Counted from the first letter of the whole stretch, positions 26,199-40,800 are shown. The stretch is 63,333 nt of DNA, filler included, from Choristocarpus tenellus KU-1152 (GCA_964200185.2; 12 parts of 12 records of this genome joined end to end with filler, not necessarily neighbours in it), one strand, 5' to 3'. Made by a program: numbers and translations. The notes: a model not told the origin generated them from the letters alone.

Positions 26199-27295
26199 TG
26201 TTGAGTGAGACCGATCTTCCAGTCAAGGTATACCTTCAAATGTTCCTTCCTGTACAAGGTGTACCTCAAGGTGTGTTTCTTCGTATGGCATGAACATTGT
26301 TTCCTCATGACGCCAATATCATGTTTTTGAGTGGAGCTTACAAACCCCCTCATTCACTTTCCCTGTTCACTCCTTACTTGAGTGACCTTCTGAGATTTGA
26401 TGAGCCTCCTGCCTTATCTCTTTCCAATCCCTTTCTCCTGTCGGTCTTCCCCCCCCCTTCAGTCTGAAGAACTCACCATTTCCAACTGTTTGATAGTATT
26501 AGTTTTTATTTACTTTTTTGTCATTACTTCTATTATTATTAATGATATTATTATGACTAAGATGATTATGATTATTATTATCAATAGGATTATCATTATC
26601 GTTACATCATTGTCACCTATAGATCCTGTTGGTTGGGAAGTGATCATAGTCCAATCCACATCCGCGCACACACACTAGTGCATTGCGCGCACATTTTTTT
26701 GTCATTGGCGACGTTCCCATAAACATCAAACATAGAGAAGTCTTAAGGATTCTCAGGCCGCTTGCCGTAGACGGTCACAAGGATGTGATGTCACCCATTG
26801 GATCCGCGATTCCCTTCAAACTTCCCAAGATTTGATGGCTGAGAGAGATTTGGGTTTGCTGAATGCACTCCACCGTGACACAACTGGTGATTCTGAACAC
26901 CCCCCCACAACAGATTGGGCCGTGCCTTCGGACATCATTGTTGTCATCAATATTACCACTGTTGATATCATCACATTTTCTTGGAGTAATTCATCCGAAA
27001 CAAAACACTCAACTCTAGTCTTTGAGAAAAGGGATACCCATCATCCGACCAAGGCATACCTTTAAAGCGATCGTCCTTGACAAGATGCATATCAAAGTCT
27101 CTTACACATGACAACAGCATTTGCTTATCGAAGTAAATATTGGGTGGTTTGAGTGGGCCTTACAACCCCCCTCCATACACTTCTGCTTGTTCACTCCTCC
27201 CTGAGTGACCTTCGGAGGGATTACGCACCCTCCTGCCTTGTCTTTTTCCATTCCCTTCCTCCTGTGGGTTTTCCAGCTCTCCTTAATGTGAAGAA
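25907..27295 (+). repeat. Three diverged direct copies of a 225-250 bp unit
   Basis: Copies at about 25907-26130, 26224-26472 and 27050-27295 share CAAGGYATACCTT, GAGTGG..CTTACAAACCCC, TGACCTT, CCTCCTGCCTT and TGAAGAA in the same order. Confidence 0.7.
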
Positions 27296-27603
27296 TCCAT
27301 CTGCCCTCTTTCCATCTGTTTCGCACAAGGACTATATAAAAAAGCTTTGGGGGGAAAAGCGAGAAAGGAAGTAAAGTAAAGAAGGAAGAATAGAACCTGT
27401 GCGAAAAAATGCCATCATGCAGAATCGTAAGGGAAAGAGAAGAAAGTAAATGAATGAAGGATGCAAGAGAATAAACCCACAAAGAAAACAGCATTCAGCA
27501 GTGATGGTGGTGGTGTTGGAGACTTGGGTGATCTTGCATGCTGATTAGGTGTGACGTACATCAGCTATCACAAATTTCTTGGAATTTCGTTTACCCATGA
27601 ACC

Positions 27604-27865
27604 TCATCGCGCCCCATTACCCACACATTCATCATACCTCTCTTGTTGGTTAGTGACCCTCAAACTCCAACCTTCAGCTCCAATCTCAAACTTATCAAGG
27701 TTGTGCTGAAGACATGTCCACCAGATCTTCTTCTTCTGTCCACCTTGCTTCCGTTTTCCATTCGCAAGCTCCCCAAGCATCAACATCCTGGAAAGTTATC
27801 CCCCAGTCAAGGAACTGACTCAGCAAATAGGAGCCTCTGCTTGTTCATCACCGCCTCAATACTAG
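27604..27865 (-). mobile_element. 3' fragment of an RTE-like LINE
   Basis: RLLFAE...MLMLGELANGKRKQGGQKK...WWTCLQHNLDKFEIGAEGW, homologous to the 3' end of the 19795-20620 element. Confidence 0.7.
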
Positions 27866-28589
27866 TGCAACCCTGCCTACCTCTGAGTTGGTTTGACTCA
27901 GGTCAATAAGCATATGAACGGGGGCACATTATTTTCCCCTCCAAGCTCCTCGAGGGCACATAGGCCTGGAGTACATCAAGCTCCCCTCACATAATTACAA
28001 ATCCTCCTCTTCTGCATCATAAGTTCCTGCAAACGGGAACGCACTGGTCATGTCTTATCCTACAAAGATGCTCTTTAAGTATCCCGACAAAGGGAAAAAA
28101 TAAGCTATTTTGTACCATTGAAGGTAGAATTTTTGGTGAATTGTGGTGTCACACTGTGTGTGGAAAGCGTGAATATAATTTTTGCATGTACTATTGAGTA
28201 CATAAAGCAATTAAAATAGTGTGCATTGCACAGGATAAGAAAGACGGTTTAGAATGAAGAAGGGTCTAAACTTGCCTACCTCTTGATTGGTTTGGCTCCC
28301 TACGGAAGGATTTGTAAATCGTGATCTTCTGTATCCTGTGCTTGCCAGGTTAGGAGTGCTTGAGAATATCATCTAAGTCATCCACCAGTTCCATGCTCGA
28401 TGACCTTCACAAAAGGGTGGTCGTACCCCCATAACCCTCAACTCTTCATTTGCATTACTAGGCATAAATGTAAAGGAATCCAACATGACATAACCCAGTC
28501 ATCTCCTAGGATTTGTTACTATAGATGGAACCGAGAAAATCAGTCAGATTAGAGGAGAAGGGACACAACGGGTAGGGTTGGGTATCACT

Positions 28590-29185
28590 TTGGGGTGCGC
28601 CTGTGGTGTATACCATGTGCTGATGATGTGGGTGTTGTTTTGTCCAAGACCAAAGGAGTAAGTTTGAGCAGGATGACGGTGGCAATGATTGTCAAGGTGG
28701 CTAGCATATACGGGCTAATCGAAACAGCTTTCTGTTTTTGTCTTCAGTCTCTTGTCAAGGATGCAGGTACAATGCAGATCTGGGCTTTGGACCAGAGTAC
28801 AAGTTCACTAACAAATTTGCGTACATTGGATACACCGCCAGCACTTAATGACTCTGATATCACCACCAAGATATGTTAATGGGCCCAAAAAGTTCGGGAC
28901 TGTTTCTACAAGTACAATCAAGTGCTTAATGGCGCAACAACATGTGTAATACTTTGTCTTAAGATCCAAATGCTTGAGCTGAAGCAATGGGCGTCTTGTA
29001 TGTTTGTAAACAGATACTCAATCAGATCTATGTGGTGTCGAGCTTCATTCTCACCAATACAAATTCCTCCTTTGCAGCATCAGATTTAGCAAAAGGAACA
29101 TATCAATCACACCCTGTCCGGCAAATCCTTTTTGAAGACTGGGTGTGACAATGTCAACACAACTATACTGTGTGAAAATGGGGCT
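28590..29185 (+). mobile_element. Decayed RTE-like LINE RT fragment
   Basis: LWCIPCADDVGVV, MIVKVASIYGL, DSDITTKI, YKFLLCSIRF, KTGCDNVNTT; parallels the 19.8-20.6 kb copy. Confidence 0.75.
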
Positions 29186-32100
29186 AGAAGTATCTGGGGG
29201 GGGGGGGGGGGGGGGGGCACCCCCAGGGGGTCTTTTCAGCCCCTGACAAGGAGAGGGGCACCACCATTATCCACCCGGAGCCCGCAAAACAACCCNNNNN
29301 NNNNNNNNNNNNNNNNNNNNNNNNNNNNNNNNNNNNNNNTTAATTAATTAANNNNNNNNNNNNNNNNNNNNNNNNNNNNNNNNNNNNNNNNNNNNATTGT
29401 TCGCCCAGGTTGCAACCTTGTCTGCACAGCCACACACCTTGCCCTCACAAGGCTTATCGACAAGTACCGCAACAGCCTCGATGACTCGGGGAGTCACATC
29501 ATCCAGCACGCGCATTGGCAGGTAAGAGGTTTCATCTTGACACGACCTACTCAACACATACTGGCTGAATACCAGTCACCAAGTAACTATCTGCACGGTC
29601 TTTGGTTTTGGTTTGTGTGTTGCAACCTGCATGTGTTATGGCGGTGACGTAGAGCATGCGCTCTAGCAATACTGGAAACCTACCCTGTTCCTCCACGAAA
29701 TGAGGCGAATTGGGCTGACATATTGGCCTCACGCCCATCCCTCCCTCGCTCCCGACTCCCCAAACTGGCCAGGTCGATAACTGCGTCTCAGAGAACAAGA
29801 ACAATTTCTTTCTTGGATACGCAGGGCTGTTGGTTGCGGCGAGTGTCATTCGTGTTGTCGAGATACATTTTAATCACTACCTTCTGCGATGGCGGCGACA
29901 ACATGTTGTGTTTAGTTTAATACATGATGATGTTTTCAGAGCCTTCCAAGCAGCATGTTGTTGTTGCGATACATATTATTTGTTGTCGATTGTTGTGTGG
30001 CAGTCTAAATCCTTTGTTTCCATTCACGATATTAAGCCTCTTGTTATACGGGTTGGTTGTCATTCATAACATACATCACGTACAAACGAATTATAGATTG
30101 AAAGGTCTGCTTTCAAATTAGAACATATCTGATGATGATGCTAGTAGCAAGTAGTGGCTCTTACCGTTGTCTGTTGTGTCCTGTTCATTGTATACATACT
30201 TTTTTTCGTTACCAATAACAATGTCGAAGTCTAGGTTGACGCCGCCTATGGTACGAAGTTTGGCCGCTATGTACATACGTACCGCCTCTAACAAGAAATA
30301 TGATCACGAGATCTTCTCAACTAACCCTAACTTCTTCTTCTTCTCTTCTTCTTCTCTTCTTCTTCCTATTAAGCGTGCCAAAACTACACGACAATAACAG
30401 CCATTAACGCCAAAAATATACGCGAAGCACAAGCTTTTCATGTATGTCTAGAGTGAAGCATGTGTTCGTTCTTCGTGGACTTGTAAGTTTTTTTGGTGGA
30501 TGTGACCTATTAATTATCCCTTACTGCTTGTACAAACCACATAATAAGACTCGAATACATATTTATAACTAGTAGAAGAAGACGTATGCATATACGTATG
30601 TACTGTATAATACAATCTGTAGTGTACCATACATATTATTATAAGAATACCAAAACCGTTACCGGCTCCCCCCCGGGGGGGGGCATCTGTCCTTATACCT
30701 TAGGCTTGGTCGAGGTCGCTTCCAAATCGTAGCGGTGCCCTCCACAAGTACCGAAATATTTTTGAATAAAAAAATATCCGGGCCCTTAAAAAGTGCCGAA
30801 ACATTAAAAAAACAAACACATCCCGGGCCCTTAAAAGTGCCGAAACATTCTAAAAAAAAACATATCGGTACTTTTTCCGCACCGTTTTCGATCAGAACCC
30901 ATCCTCAATACCCCGCTCCTTCCTCAATTCTCCAAATCAACTGTTATGGGATTTTCATGATATTTTGCCTACTCCAAAATGTTTCGGAGTAGGTAATATG
31001 TGTATGTTATGAAATGATGTGTCCGGAACAAGGATACCGACACTTCCTAACAAATACGACGGATAAAATTACATGGAAATCGCAACATTGGATTTTGCCC
31101 CCCAAATGGACGCGGCCCTACCCTCTAAGATAATTTGACTCTCACACACAAAACAAAACACATCTAGTACTGAGAGAGATAGTAGTATACATGAGTCCCG
31201 TCATTGGTTTCATACACAGTTGTACTGTATGCAGAGTTACACGTAAAAGGACATTGTGTACACAGTTGAAGCGGTCAGAATAAACTTTGAATGCACTCTT
31301 ACTCTTTCGCCACTGCCATCGACTATCTTCGCATCACACTCAAGAACCATTATGTCTGCATCACACACGCTCAATTCTTACACCTCTCGCCTCTCCACAG
31401 TATGTGTGCACAATACATGCGAGTCTGGGCCATTGCCGATGGGGCCAATAGATTAGTATGAATATTAGTAGTGTATGCTTTGCACCAATGCTGGTGCATC
31501 CGTGAACTCTGATAATATGTTGGACTCCAATCAATGCTTACTCCTGTTCTTGTAGTATCCAAGCTTGTCTTTGCAGTTCATTTTTATTTTTGTTCATCCT
31601 ACATTTGCTTTTCTTTATGAAGCCTCAATTTTAGAGATTGAGATGTGTTTATTACATATATATAGTGAGACTTTGGAAGGCACCTCAATAAATCAAATTG
31701 GTAGAAGTAATAAAAATGAAAATGGTAACCAAATTCCCTTTCATCGCCTTCGCCGTTGGTTGGCCCTCCATACTATCTTTGCGGCAAATAATGTTGTGCT
31801 CCAAATACCCCTCGAAACTGTGTGCATTGTTCCTGCAGCTGTCCTCTCCACACTGTGATGAGGTGCATGGGCGTAAGCACAGGGTGAGATTACAGGGAGG
31901 TCGGAGAGTGATCCCAACAGCATGCCATGAAACAAATGTCATGAGCAAAGAGAGAGGGTAAAAGAAGGCATGCGCACTCTGTTACACAGTACTCTCAGTA
32001 TTAAAAAAAAGGAGTGGAGCATGGGCATAGATACAAGCAGTGGTTGATGGAAGAATTGAGTTTTCAAGGGAATGGCGAAGGGGGAATGTTACAGAATGGT

Positions 32101-34056
32101 GAGTGGGATACACATTACCCAACTATATACTCCTAACCCTGACAAAAAAGGTGGCACTCTCATGAAGGGGACCATCAATTCAGCAAAGGGACATTCCGTA
32201 CACCATCCCTTACCCTAGAGTCCTTTTCCCATTCAGTATCGACATAATACACTACAATATACTATCCTTCATGTATGTAAACAAGTACCAACCAGCAACT
32301 GGCAAGCACAGCCCTTTCTGCTGAGATATGAGTCCCAAAAAAAGACTCAGCAGTGTATCATTTTCCTCCACTCTAATTACTCCCCAAATGATTCGCCTCC
32401 CTCTCGTCAAAGATTGTATTGCTTGGCCATTCAATGACAAAATAAGGCATTGGAACGAAAAAAGAAAAGGTAAAAAAGACACACAAGAAATGCACAGGGT
32501 CGGAATTCTAACAACAGGAATAAATGGTTGATTGTGTCAAGAGTACTACGTCAACATCACCAATTTCTGCACACTCCAGGTGTTGAGGATAAACGATTGA
32601 GATTTTTCCAGAATGGCATTAGCCACATCCTTCAAAAAATAAACTGTAAGCTGTTGCAAAGCAACCTTGTGGCAAGCACAATCGGTCACACATAGTAAGG
32701 TGTTTCTTCTCACTCAAACCAGCGAGTGAACTTTTGCGAATCCTGTACTCTCAAAGCCTCCTATTTTCTTCTTCATCCCTGCCCAAAGATGTCCCTTCCC
32801 AAAGGGTACTAACATTGATGACAAATATGAAAAGGCGGTTGGCCGCCTCTGGTCTCTGCCACCTCTCCCTTGCTCCCCTTTCACTATATGCCAGGAATTG
32901 TCAGGTAGTGCCCCAAGCTGTAGCAAGAATTCNNNNNNNNNNNNNNNNNNNNNNNNNNNNNNNNNNNNNNNNNNNNTTAATTAATTAANNNNNNNNNNNN
33001 NNNNNNNNNNNNNNNNNNNNNNNNNNNNNNNNCCCCCCCTCCCAGATACTTTGGGTCTCCAGACAAGTGAGTTGTCCATAACAAGCCTCAACCATTATTG
33101 CTAACAAAACTACTTGAAGCATACGAAATGACCCCTGATTAAAAGGGAATATTTCTTTAAAATCATCAACTTGCTCTTGATGAGTTGAAGCCATGCGCAA
33201 GAGCAAGGTCAATTTTTCAACACAATTAAGTCTGACCTTCGTGACACCGACCACCAATAAGCACTTTGTCACAAGCTCTCCACCGGTCTTTGTCTCGCTA
33301 AACCAATTTTAAACAAAGTGGGGTTGCACACCAGGAGATGATTGTGTGTCTACAGATATTCGACTCTTTATCAACACTGTACGCCGGGAGCGTCGGTTGG
33401 AAAAAGGTGCAAATTTTCCAAAGCACGTTGCCGCCTCTGCCCCTCCAGAACACTCAATAATGAACAACTGCTGCAAAGGAATGAATGGTCAACCAAGAGG
33501 GGGGGTAATTCTGAATAGTGCAATTGCAACAGAATGCAGTTCACACCCTCAAGAAAGATGGGCACGGGGTCTGCCCCTTTGGCCCATGCTCCTTCAGATT
33601 TCGATCGCCAATACCATCACGCAGCAGCTCCTGCTGTTGTGGAGGTCCATCCACCCTCATGTAAGCACCCCTCCTAAAACAAGCCCTTATCTATTTTGTA
33701 TTGCTAGTTTTGAAAACAACAACAAAATTGATAGTTTGGTTGAAAATATCGCACAAAAGTTCTATCACATTGGCTTGTGTGAGTTTGAGATTTCTTCATA
33801 CATGGGCAACATACCATAAGATATTCCAAGCTCCACGTTTTTGGTGGTTAGCAAGGGTATTGTGGTTTTATCCCTGTCCCTCTTCATAGCCCTGCCCGCA
33901 AAACCGAAAACCTGTAGAGCTAACCTTGCAACAGCCTTTCCAGAGCACTCGTTGATCATGATGTTCCTCCAATGTTTCCCATGTTACTCCATACACCCTG
34001 TTTAGTGTGTAATTATTTCACCACCTTTACACCCACTGCATCACTCCATTGCACGA

Positions 34057-34338
34057 TTGGACGCAGATCAGGAGGCAATAGGCCTCACCCAGTACAAGAA
34101 GAGCCCTGGAGATTATGATGGCAGTGGAGGAAGCCTATCACCAATGGCACTTGTGAGGCAGGCATCAGTATTAGGGGGCTCCCAGTGTGCAGCATGCCGA
34201 GAACCTGAGCGAACATGGCAGCTCACTCTGTGTCACCATGTAGTCTTCTCTTCTTGTGCCCAGGCTGCTCGGTCTAGCGATAACCAGTGTCCTGTGTGTT
34301 ATGCGGTCATTTTTGATGACAACCCTGTACTTGCTTGA
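34057..34338 (+). pseudogene. Degenerate RING-HC-like zinc-finger reading frame
   Basis: CAAC-x9-CHH-x3-SSC-x10-CPVC then stop. One expected Cys ligand appears lost and no convincing gene structure was found. Confidence 0.4.
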
Positions 34339-37300
34339 GGACGAGGATAATGACTGGACAGATTGTTGTTATGGATGAGGAGTGGGAGGTACAATTCACA
34401 TATTGTGTATGACATCTGTTTTCCTTGATTTGACTGCATGATGGCATTGATTGCTGAAATCGCATAGTATTATAGTTCAATAAATGCTGCCCAGCACATG
34501 AAACATGAAATGTCCCCTATGAGAGATCAATTTGTGGGATGCAGCAGTTATTGTGGTGGATGACTCTGAGCATGCCAGTGTAATACCGGAAATACTTCAG
34601 TTCGCCGCACAAGTTTTGATCCTGCACAACAGTTGAGGTACTCAATTCAAGCTCTCTTGGTGGGTGTCCCAGTTGAAACTACAAGAAGTATAACTATCTT
34701 TTGTTTGGAAATATTTGTGGCACACTAATATTTCTTGAGGTATATGCATGTGCCACCATCACAAGTCTATTTTGTTGTGTTTCCTGTGCTGCTTGTTCAG
34801 TAATACGTATATCATGTACTCGTGACAATACTTCGTATGGCACAAACTTCTGCATGCTTCTGCCATGTGTTGTATTCAGAGAACACAGAGTGTATCCAAC
34901 ATGTTCGATTCAATCATACTCTGCTGACCTCTACCTCCGGGCGAATACATAATGGTCACTGCCCGCAACTTACCATTATGCCGCACCATTATTTCACAGT
35001 CATCATCAGTAGACGTATCCTTCCTTGCCCCACTACTCTAGAGAGGGATTCATTGGTACCTTGGTTCATACGACTGAGTGGGGATCCATCGTATACTCAA
35101 CTGCCTGTCCATTGATCTTGAGGGAGTGTACTCAAGCACACTCCTTGCAATTGCCACTATATTATACTTGTGTTCAACAATTATAGTTGAGATGTAATCT
35201 TTTGCCAAGGAAAAAACAAAATTGAGGTAAGGTGCTACACAGAAGGGTACACATGTCACATATGTCAAATCTGATTTGTGGCGTACAAATCCATTTCCAT
35301 CAAGTCTATGGCCGTTCCTGTCGTAAATCTGAGTTTGCAAGTTCATAGGTCAAAGATTTAGGATTTGATTCCTTCACTGTGGATCCCAACCATATGTACT
35401 TATTCATGTATCTTGCAATGGTGTGAGACAAGTATTCTGACAACCTGATGATGAGATTTTGAGGAATCAACGATTTGTAAAACTTGTGCTCACAAGCACA
35501 GGTCATTGTGGAGGGAATTAAGTCAACACATTCGTACCAGGAAACCATTTGTACTTGTTTTGTAGATAGCAGTGTACACACAGTGTGGTACAGAGAAATA
35601 TATGTACACCTTCATAGTTGGGGGGGGAGTGGTACAAGTATGTGATATGCTAGGACTGAGCGTCCATATATATATATACATGAGGGTAATTTTTTAAAAG
35701 ATGAAAAGGGAATGGCCTGTACATCTTTACCACACCAACCTTGATGCCAAGTATACAAATAATTGTACATATTTATGATGTAATAATTTGTGAAACACAA
35801 GCAATGAGACAATGTCCAACATGTGGAGATATACCCAAACGTAGCGATGGTGGGTCGCTATGGACGATACAGATAATACTACTAGGCAATATTGCAGAGT
35901 GGGTTCTTGTTTCCTATGGTGGTGGAATATATGACTAGTATATATACTCCAGAGTATACATCTATGCATGTGTAGTTGATGGACGTGTGGGACTGGACTT
36001 GGTGTTTTGATGTGTGACTGTGGGTAGATAGATACTGCTCTTTGGGCATGTGACTCTTACTATGCTGTATGGGTCAAGGTATGAAATAGAAGCATATCCT
36101 AGACGCAGCTCATTAATCTGGAAAACTCAGGATTCCTGCTGATTGAAATTCAGAGGTTGACGGAGGGGTAAAATGCTCCACATTAACCCTCTAATGGTAC
36201 AGTGAATTTCATACATATTGTCAACAGTTTTTTCTTAGACATACTGTACCACTGACCAAAGTGAAACCTATTTGAAATGTATGTATGGGTGTAGGAATAG
36301 TCATACCTGTTTGGATATATGAATGACTAGATACTTTATACTCTGGAGTATTTTTCCCTGTTTAAGTAAATCTCTTCAATTTATTCAATTTCACGTGTAT
36401 TCCATATATCCAACTAAACATCACTGTTCAATTAAAAGGCAAGTTGGCGTTAACAACACAATTGTTGTATTTATAGTAGTCCTTGTAGCATAGTTTTTCT
36501 TTTTCCCTGACACACCTAGAAGTTCTCAAGAGGGCATCGTATTAGTATGTATGAATGATTTGGATTTGTAATCTCTTATCCTATTTGAGTTCCTTCTTTT
36601 TTCAGATGTATTCCACATATATGTTCTTGATCTAAATCAATCTTATTTCTACCCTTGTTATATTTTGCCTCTGACGATTGGTTTAAGAAGATCAGACAAT
36701 TTTTTTTAATTGTGTTTCTCACTAACTGTACGATGTCGTAAGTGGCAAAAAATTTTACCCCGACCATATGAATGAGTCAAGGTGACACACACATCTTTTT
36801 CTGAAAATGATATGTGCTGTTCCATATTGCCCACCCTTCTAAAATATTTTTATGACTACCCAAAGTAGATGTAGCTAAAAAATCGGTGGCACGTCGATTT
36901 TGAGGATAATCGGAGATTACTGCGAAGGAGATATGGGGGGAGTGGTCGATCGGTACAGTGTTACAAGGTATACCTCCAATATACACATACACCACTAACG
37001 TCATATATTCAATACCTAATACACTAGTTGGTTTCTTTCATAGCTATGCCAATCTTCACTCCATCAATTCAATATATATTTTAGAGGGTCTGGGGGGGTA
37101 TCACAGGAAGGGGCTGTCAAAGTCTTGTTTAAGACAGATGGTGTCCATTATTGCTCAAGTAGGTCCCTCGAGATGTGTCAAGCGTTTCAAGCTATAGACT
37201 TGGACAGGTGGGGAAGAAGGGACTGGACAGATTCTTGGGATCCTGCCCTAGTTCCTCGCCCACCTTTGTGGTGGTAAGCTAGGTTAGATGCATAGCAGTA

Positions 37301-37890
37301 ATGTACACATTTTTTGTAGTGAACAATTTCCGATTGGACATTGTTGTATTGTTAGTTCTTACATAGTACATATATCTTAGGGAAGTGTCTTATCATATTG
37401 ACAATTGTTGTACTATGGTATCACTAATAGCTAAATAATGGATATATGCAAAAAAATAGGATACTATACAAATACCGATGTCATACTTCTATCTAATATA
37501 TCAATAAGAACCTCAATAAAGAAACAGGGCCACCAAGCTGTACGTGGGAGACCTGTTGCCATTTCATCTCGAGCAGCATAAACATAATTATCAAAGGGGG
37601 TTAGTCATCAAGTATCAAGTAAAAACTATCCTGAGTAGTATGCAAGTACCCTCTACAAGCATGATTATCTCCACTACCTAGGTGTGAACCCTGTCAAACT
37701 CAAAAACACTCTTACCAAACATCATGCATCCACAAACAATCTTCATACAAAGGATCACATACACCATACAGCTAGCTCTAACAGCAATCATTCCCATCCC
37801 CTCCAACACAACCAAACATAAATGCCTTCATATACTAATAGTCCCAAAAACCTTTCTGACCCCCTCACCCCACTTCTATGAATACATCAT

Positions 37891-40800
37891 CTACCCCACG
37901 TCCTCCTGGAGGTCCACCCCCACAGCATCTTGAGGGATCACTACAAGTCTGAAGGTCTTAATCTGCATTGCTTGCAATGTCACGAGCCAATTCCCATACC
38001 CACCCCACTCAACATCTCTGTCAACCTTGCTGCTTCCATCTTCATCTCCCCTCTCTCCATCAACCAGAGAAGTTGAACCTTCACCAGCAGATTCCATTGC
38101 CAGGTCAGTCACAGCAGACCCTTTTCCTTTTGTCTTCCACCGGAGGTTTTGCCAGCCAACCTTTCCCTCTGCCCTTCCTTCTAATGGAGTTCCAGTGAGA
38201 GAGACCTCCTCAGCATGAAGCAGATTGTAGCCCAGGAGAAGGTCACCAAGGTCCACAGTGGCGGGCTGGGAGAGAATGGAATCTTCCCCAATTGCAAATC
38301 TATGTGTTAGTCGAATCTACGACAAACGAAATCAGTGGGGGGGTGGAGAGAGAGGTGGGGGGTGACATCCAATGACAAGGCATCAGCAGTATCTTGGGAA
38401 AAGGGTAGGACGCTTGGGAGAAAGCAGAAGGGGGCAAGGCTAGTATGGGGATGAAACAAAGTGTGTTTGTGGGGGGAGGGGGGGGGGTTTAGGGGACAAG
38501 ATAAATGAAATTAAGTACCAAGTTAAAGCATGAACTGAGTGATAGTAAAACCTGAGCTTGACTCAATACACACTAATGTATTGCCTGCCAACAACACAAA
38601 TCCTCTCATATCCTCTCAAGTATCACAAAGAGAAGGTGCTGTCACTTGTTTGTTCAAAGTGTAACTGTTGTGAGAGGGGAATGTTTACGGGCCATTTCAA
38701 ATTCCTGTAACAGGTTTCGAAACTTTGACTTATCGAAGAACATCAAGGCATTTGAAAAAGGGTGTTGATATGGACACCTTGCTTGTGTAAACCGAATGCA
38801 CTTACAAAACAGTCCAACTCAACTTCACACTTCTGGGCATGGTGTGCAGCAACAATATGTGACACCAACAAAAAGTCAGAGGGTCCCCCTTAAAACTCAG
38901 GGACACCCCCTTCCCGGTTGCTTTGGGTCATACTACAATTGCACCACCGTACTACTGTAGATCAGGTCAACATCAACACCAATACTATTAATTGCACAGA
39001 CGACAGTTGGATAATGCCCTCCCAGTCTTAACAAGAACTCGGAGTATAAAATTGTCAGCGTCGGTGGAACGATATTACTACTACTATGGAACAAACTGAC
39101 AACAGCATGCAGTATCAATTATACGTATACCTCCATTGGTATGAAAATTATTTCGACAGTATTCTTCACAACATTATACCAATGTGCCGTTCCCAATAAC
39201 ACCAAATCGCTGGGAATTTCCAACATCACCTCAAAATCGCCTTCCTTATGAGATATTGGCTACATAAATATATGCATATTGTATGCTCCCACTTCATCAA
39301 CCTATCCGTCCACTCCAGCATGTGACACCGAAAATACACTGAGTCAATCCCTTCAATTCCCCCCACTCCACTCTCACCAGTAAGTTGACTACCTCACCAC
39401 CGACAATATCACCCCCCCAGTCATCACTATGCCGTTGGCGACCTTGACCTAGCCCCCCTGCCTCCCTACTATAGATGCTCCACTCCTCTTCCCTTGCCTG
39501 CCCGGGTGGAAGCACCATCAGTGTCATCAACCCAAGACTAGGAGGAAGGGATCGAATAAGGCCCTCTTGAAGCACACCAGATTGGGGTGACAGTTTCCGC
39601 AAGTTGATGCTCCCTGTTCCAGATGGTCTTTGCTCTGGAACCTCTCTGTTAATACCCTCCTCTTCTTCTTCTTCATCCCTATTTCCATAACTTGCCTGTT
39701 CATCCTCCGCAAGGCCAGCCACTGTGGAATGCGTCTGCAGTGTGTTGTCAACCAGATTGATGCCTGCACTACTGTAAAACTCTCCGTCCTCCTCCTCACC
39801 AAATGCTGTTACAAAGGGACTGAATACCTGATAAATACAACGAAAGAGAAGACAGATGTAACCCTAACCTTGATGAAAATTCAATAACAGAAGGTGACCT
39901 GCAGGAAATGCCATTTGCCGTATATACCTACAGCCCACTGGTATGATGAGGTTGGGTTGTTGGCAATAGTGTTCTCGATATTGCGCTATTGAGTACGCCT
40001 GTATAGGCCAGGTAGGTGTCCAAAACAAAACCTTCACTACTGGGCACTACAGAGCACTGGGGGATTAACAGTTGTAGACAGCATTCCCCTCAAACTTTCA
40101 CCAATGTTCTCATAGGGAAACAAACACGTATCCCAGCAAGCACAAATACAAACTGCAAGGAAATCATGCCTCCATTATACAACAAACTCCAAAGTTGATC
40201 TTGTGAGCCCTCACAGAAAACGCTCTCCATTATACAACACCTCCCTGTGCAATTTTTCCTGCAACAAGAACCAGTGTGTACTTACATGATTGCTCCTTTC
40301 TAGGTTAAGCAATGACACGATCGGTGTGAGACAGAATGACCAATTGGAGAATGCTATATGCTTTAAGCACATCCTACTGATTTCAACACCTCAGCAACAG
40401 AACAGAGGGGATACAAGCATTGCCATCGAATGAACCTAAAGACCCAGACTTGAAATTTCATCTGATGGGTACCTTGCTACTGCTGAAGGAAAAGAACAAA
40501 AAAAAAACATTTTTGTACCACGTAAAAATATCTGATTATTGATTATCGATTACTGATTGCTAGAAATATTATTGCTCTCAAATGTAATTGTTGTTGTGTT
40601 CTAGTGCATCTTCCAAGAACAGTTATCAATATAGTTCCTATTGATTGTGAAATCACATTCTAAATATGAATTTTCATCTAACTCTTTTGTACGTTGAATA
40701 TCGTTATTCGTTGCCTGTTAAAAAAAAAGAATCATCTTCTATTGTTCTAGTAGAAATGATTGATCGTGGAATTATTTCTTTTAAATCTAAAATTGAATTC

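Noticed and set aside
31250-32930. Possible Copia-like fossil
   Set aside because: Only faint motif resemblance; not supportable by eye.
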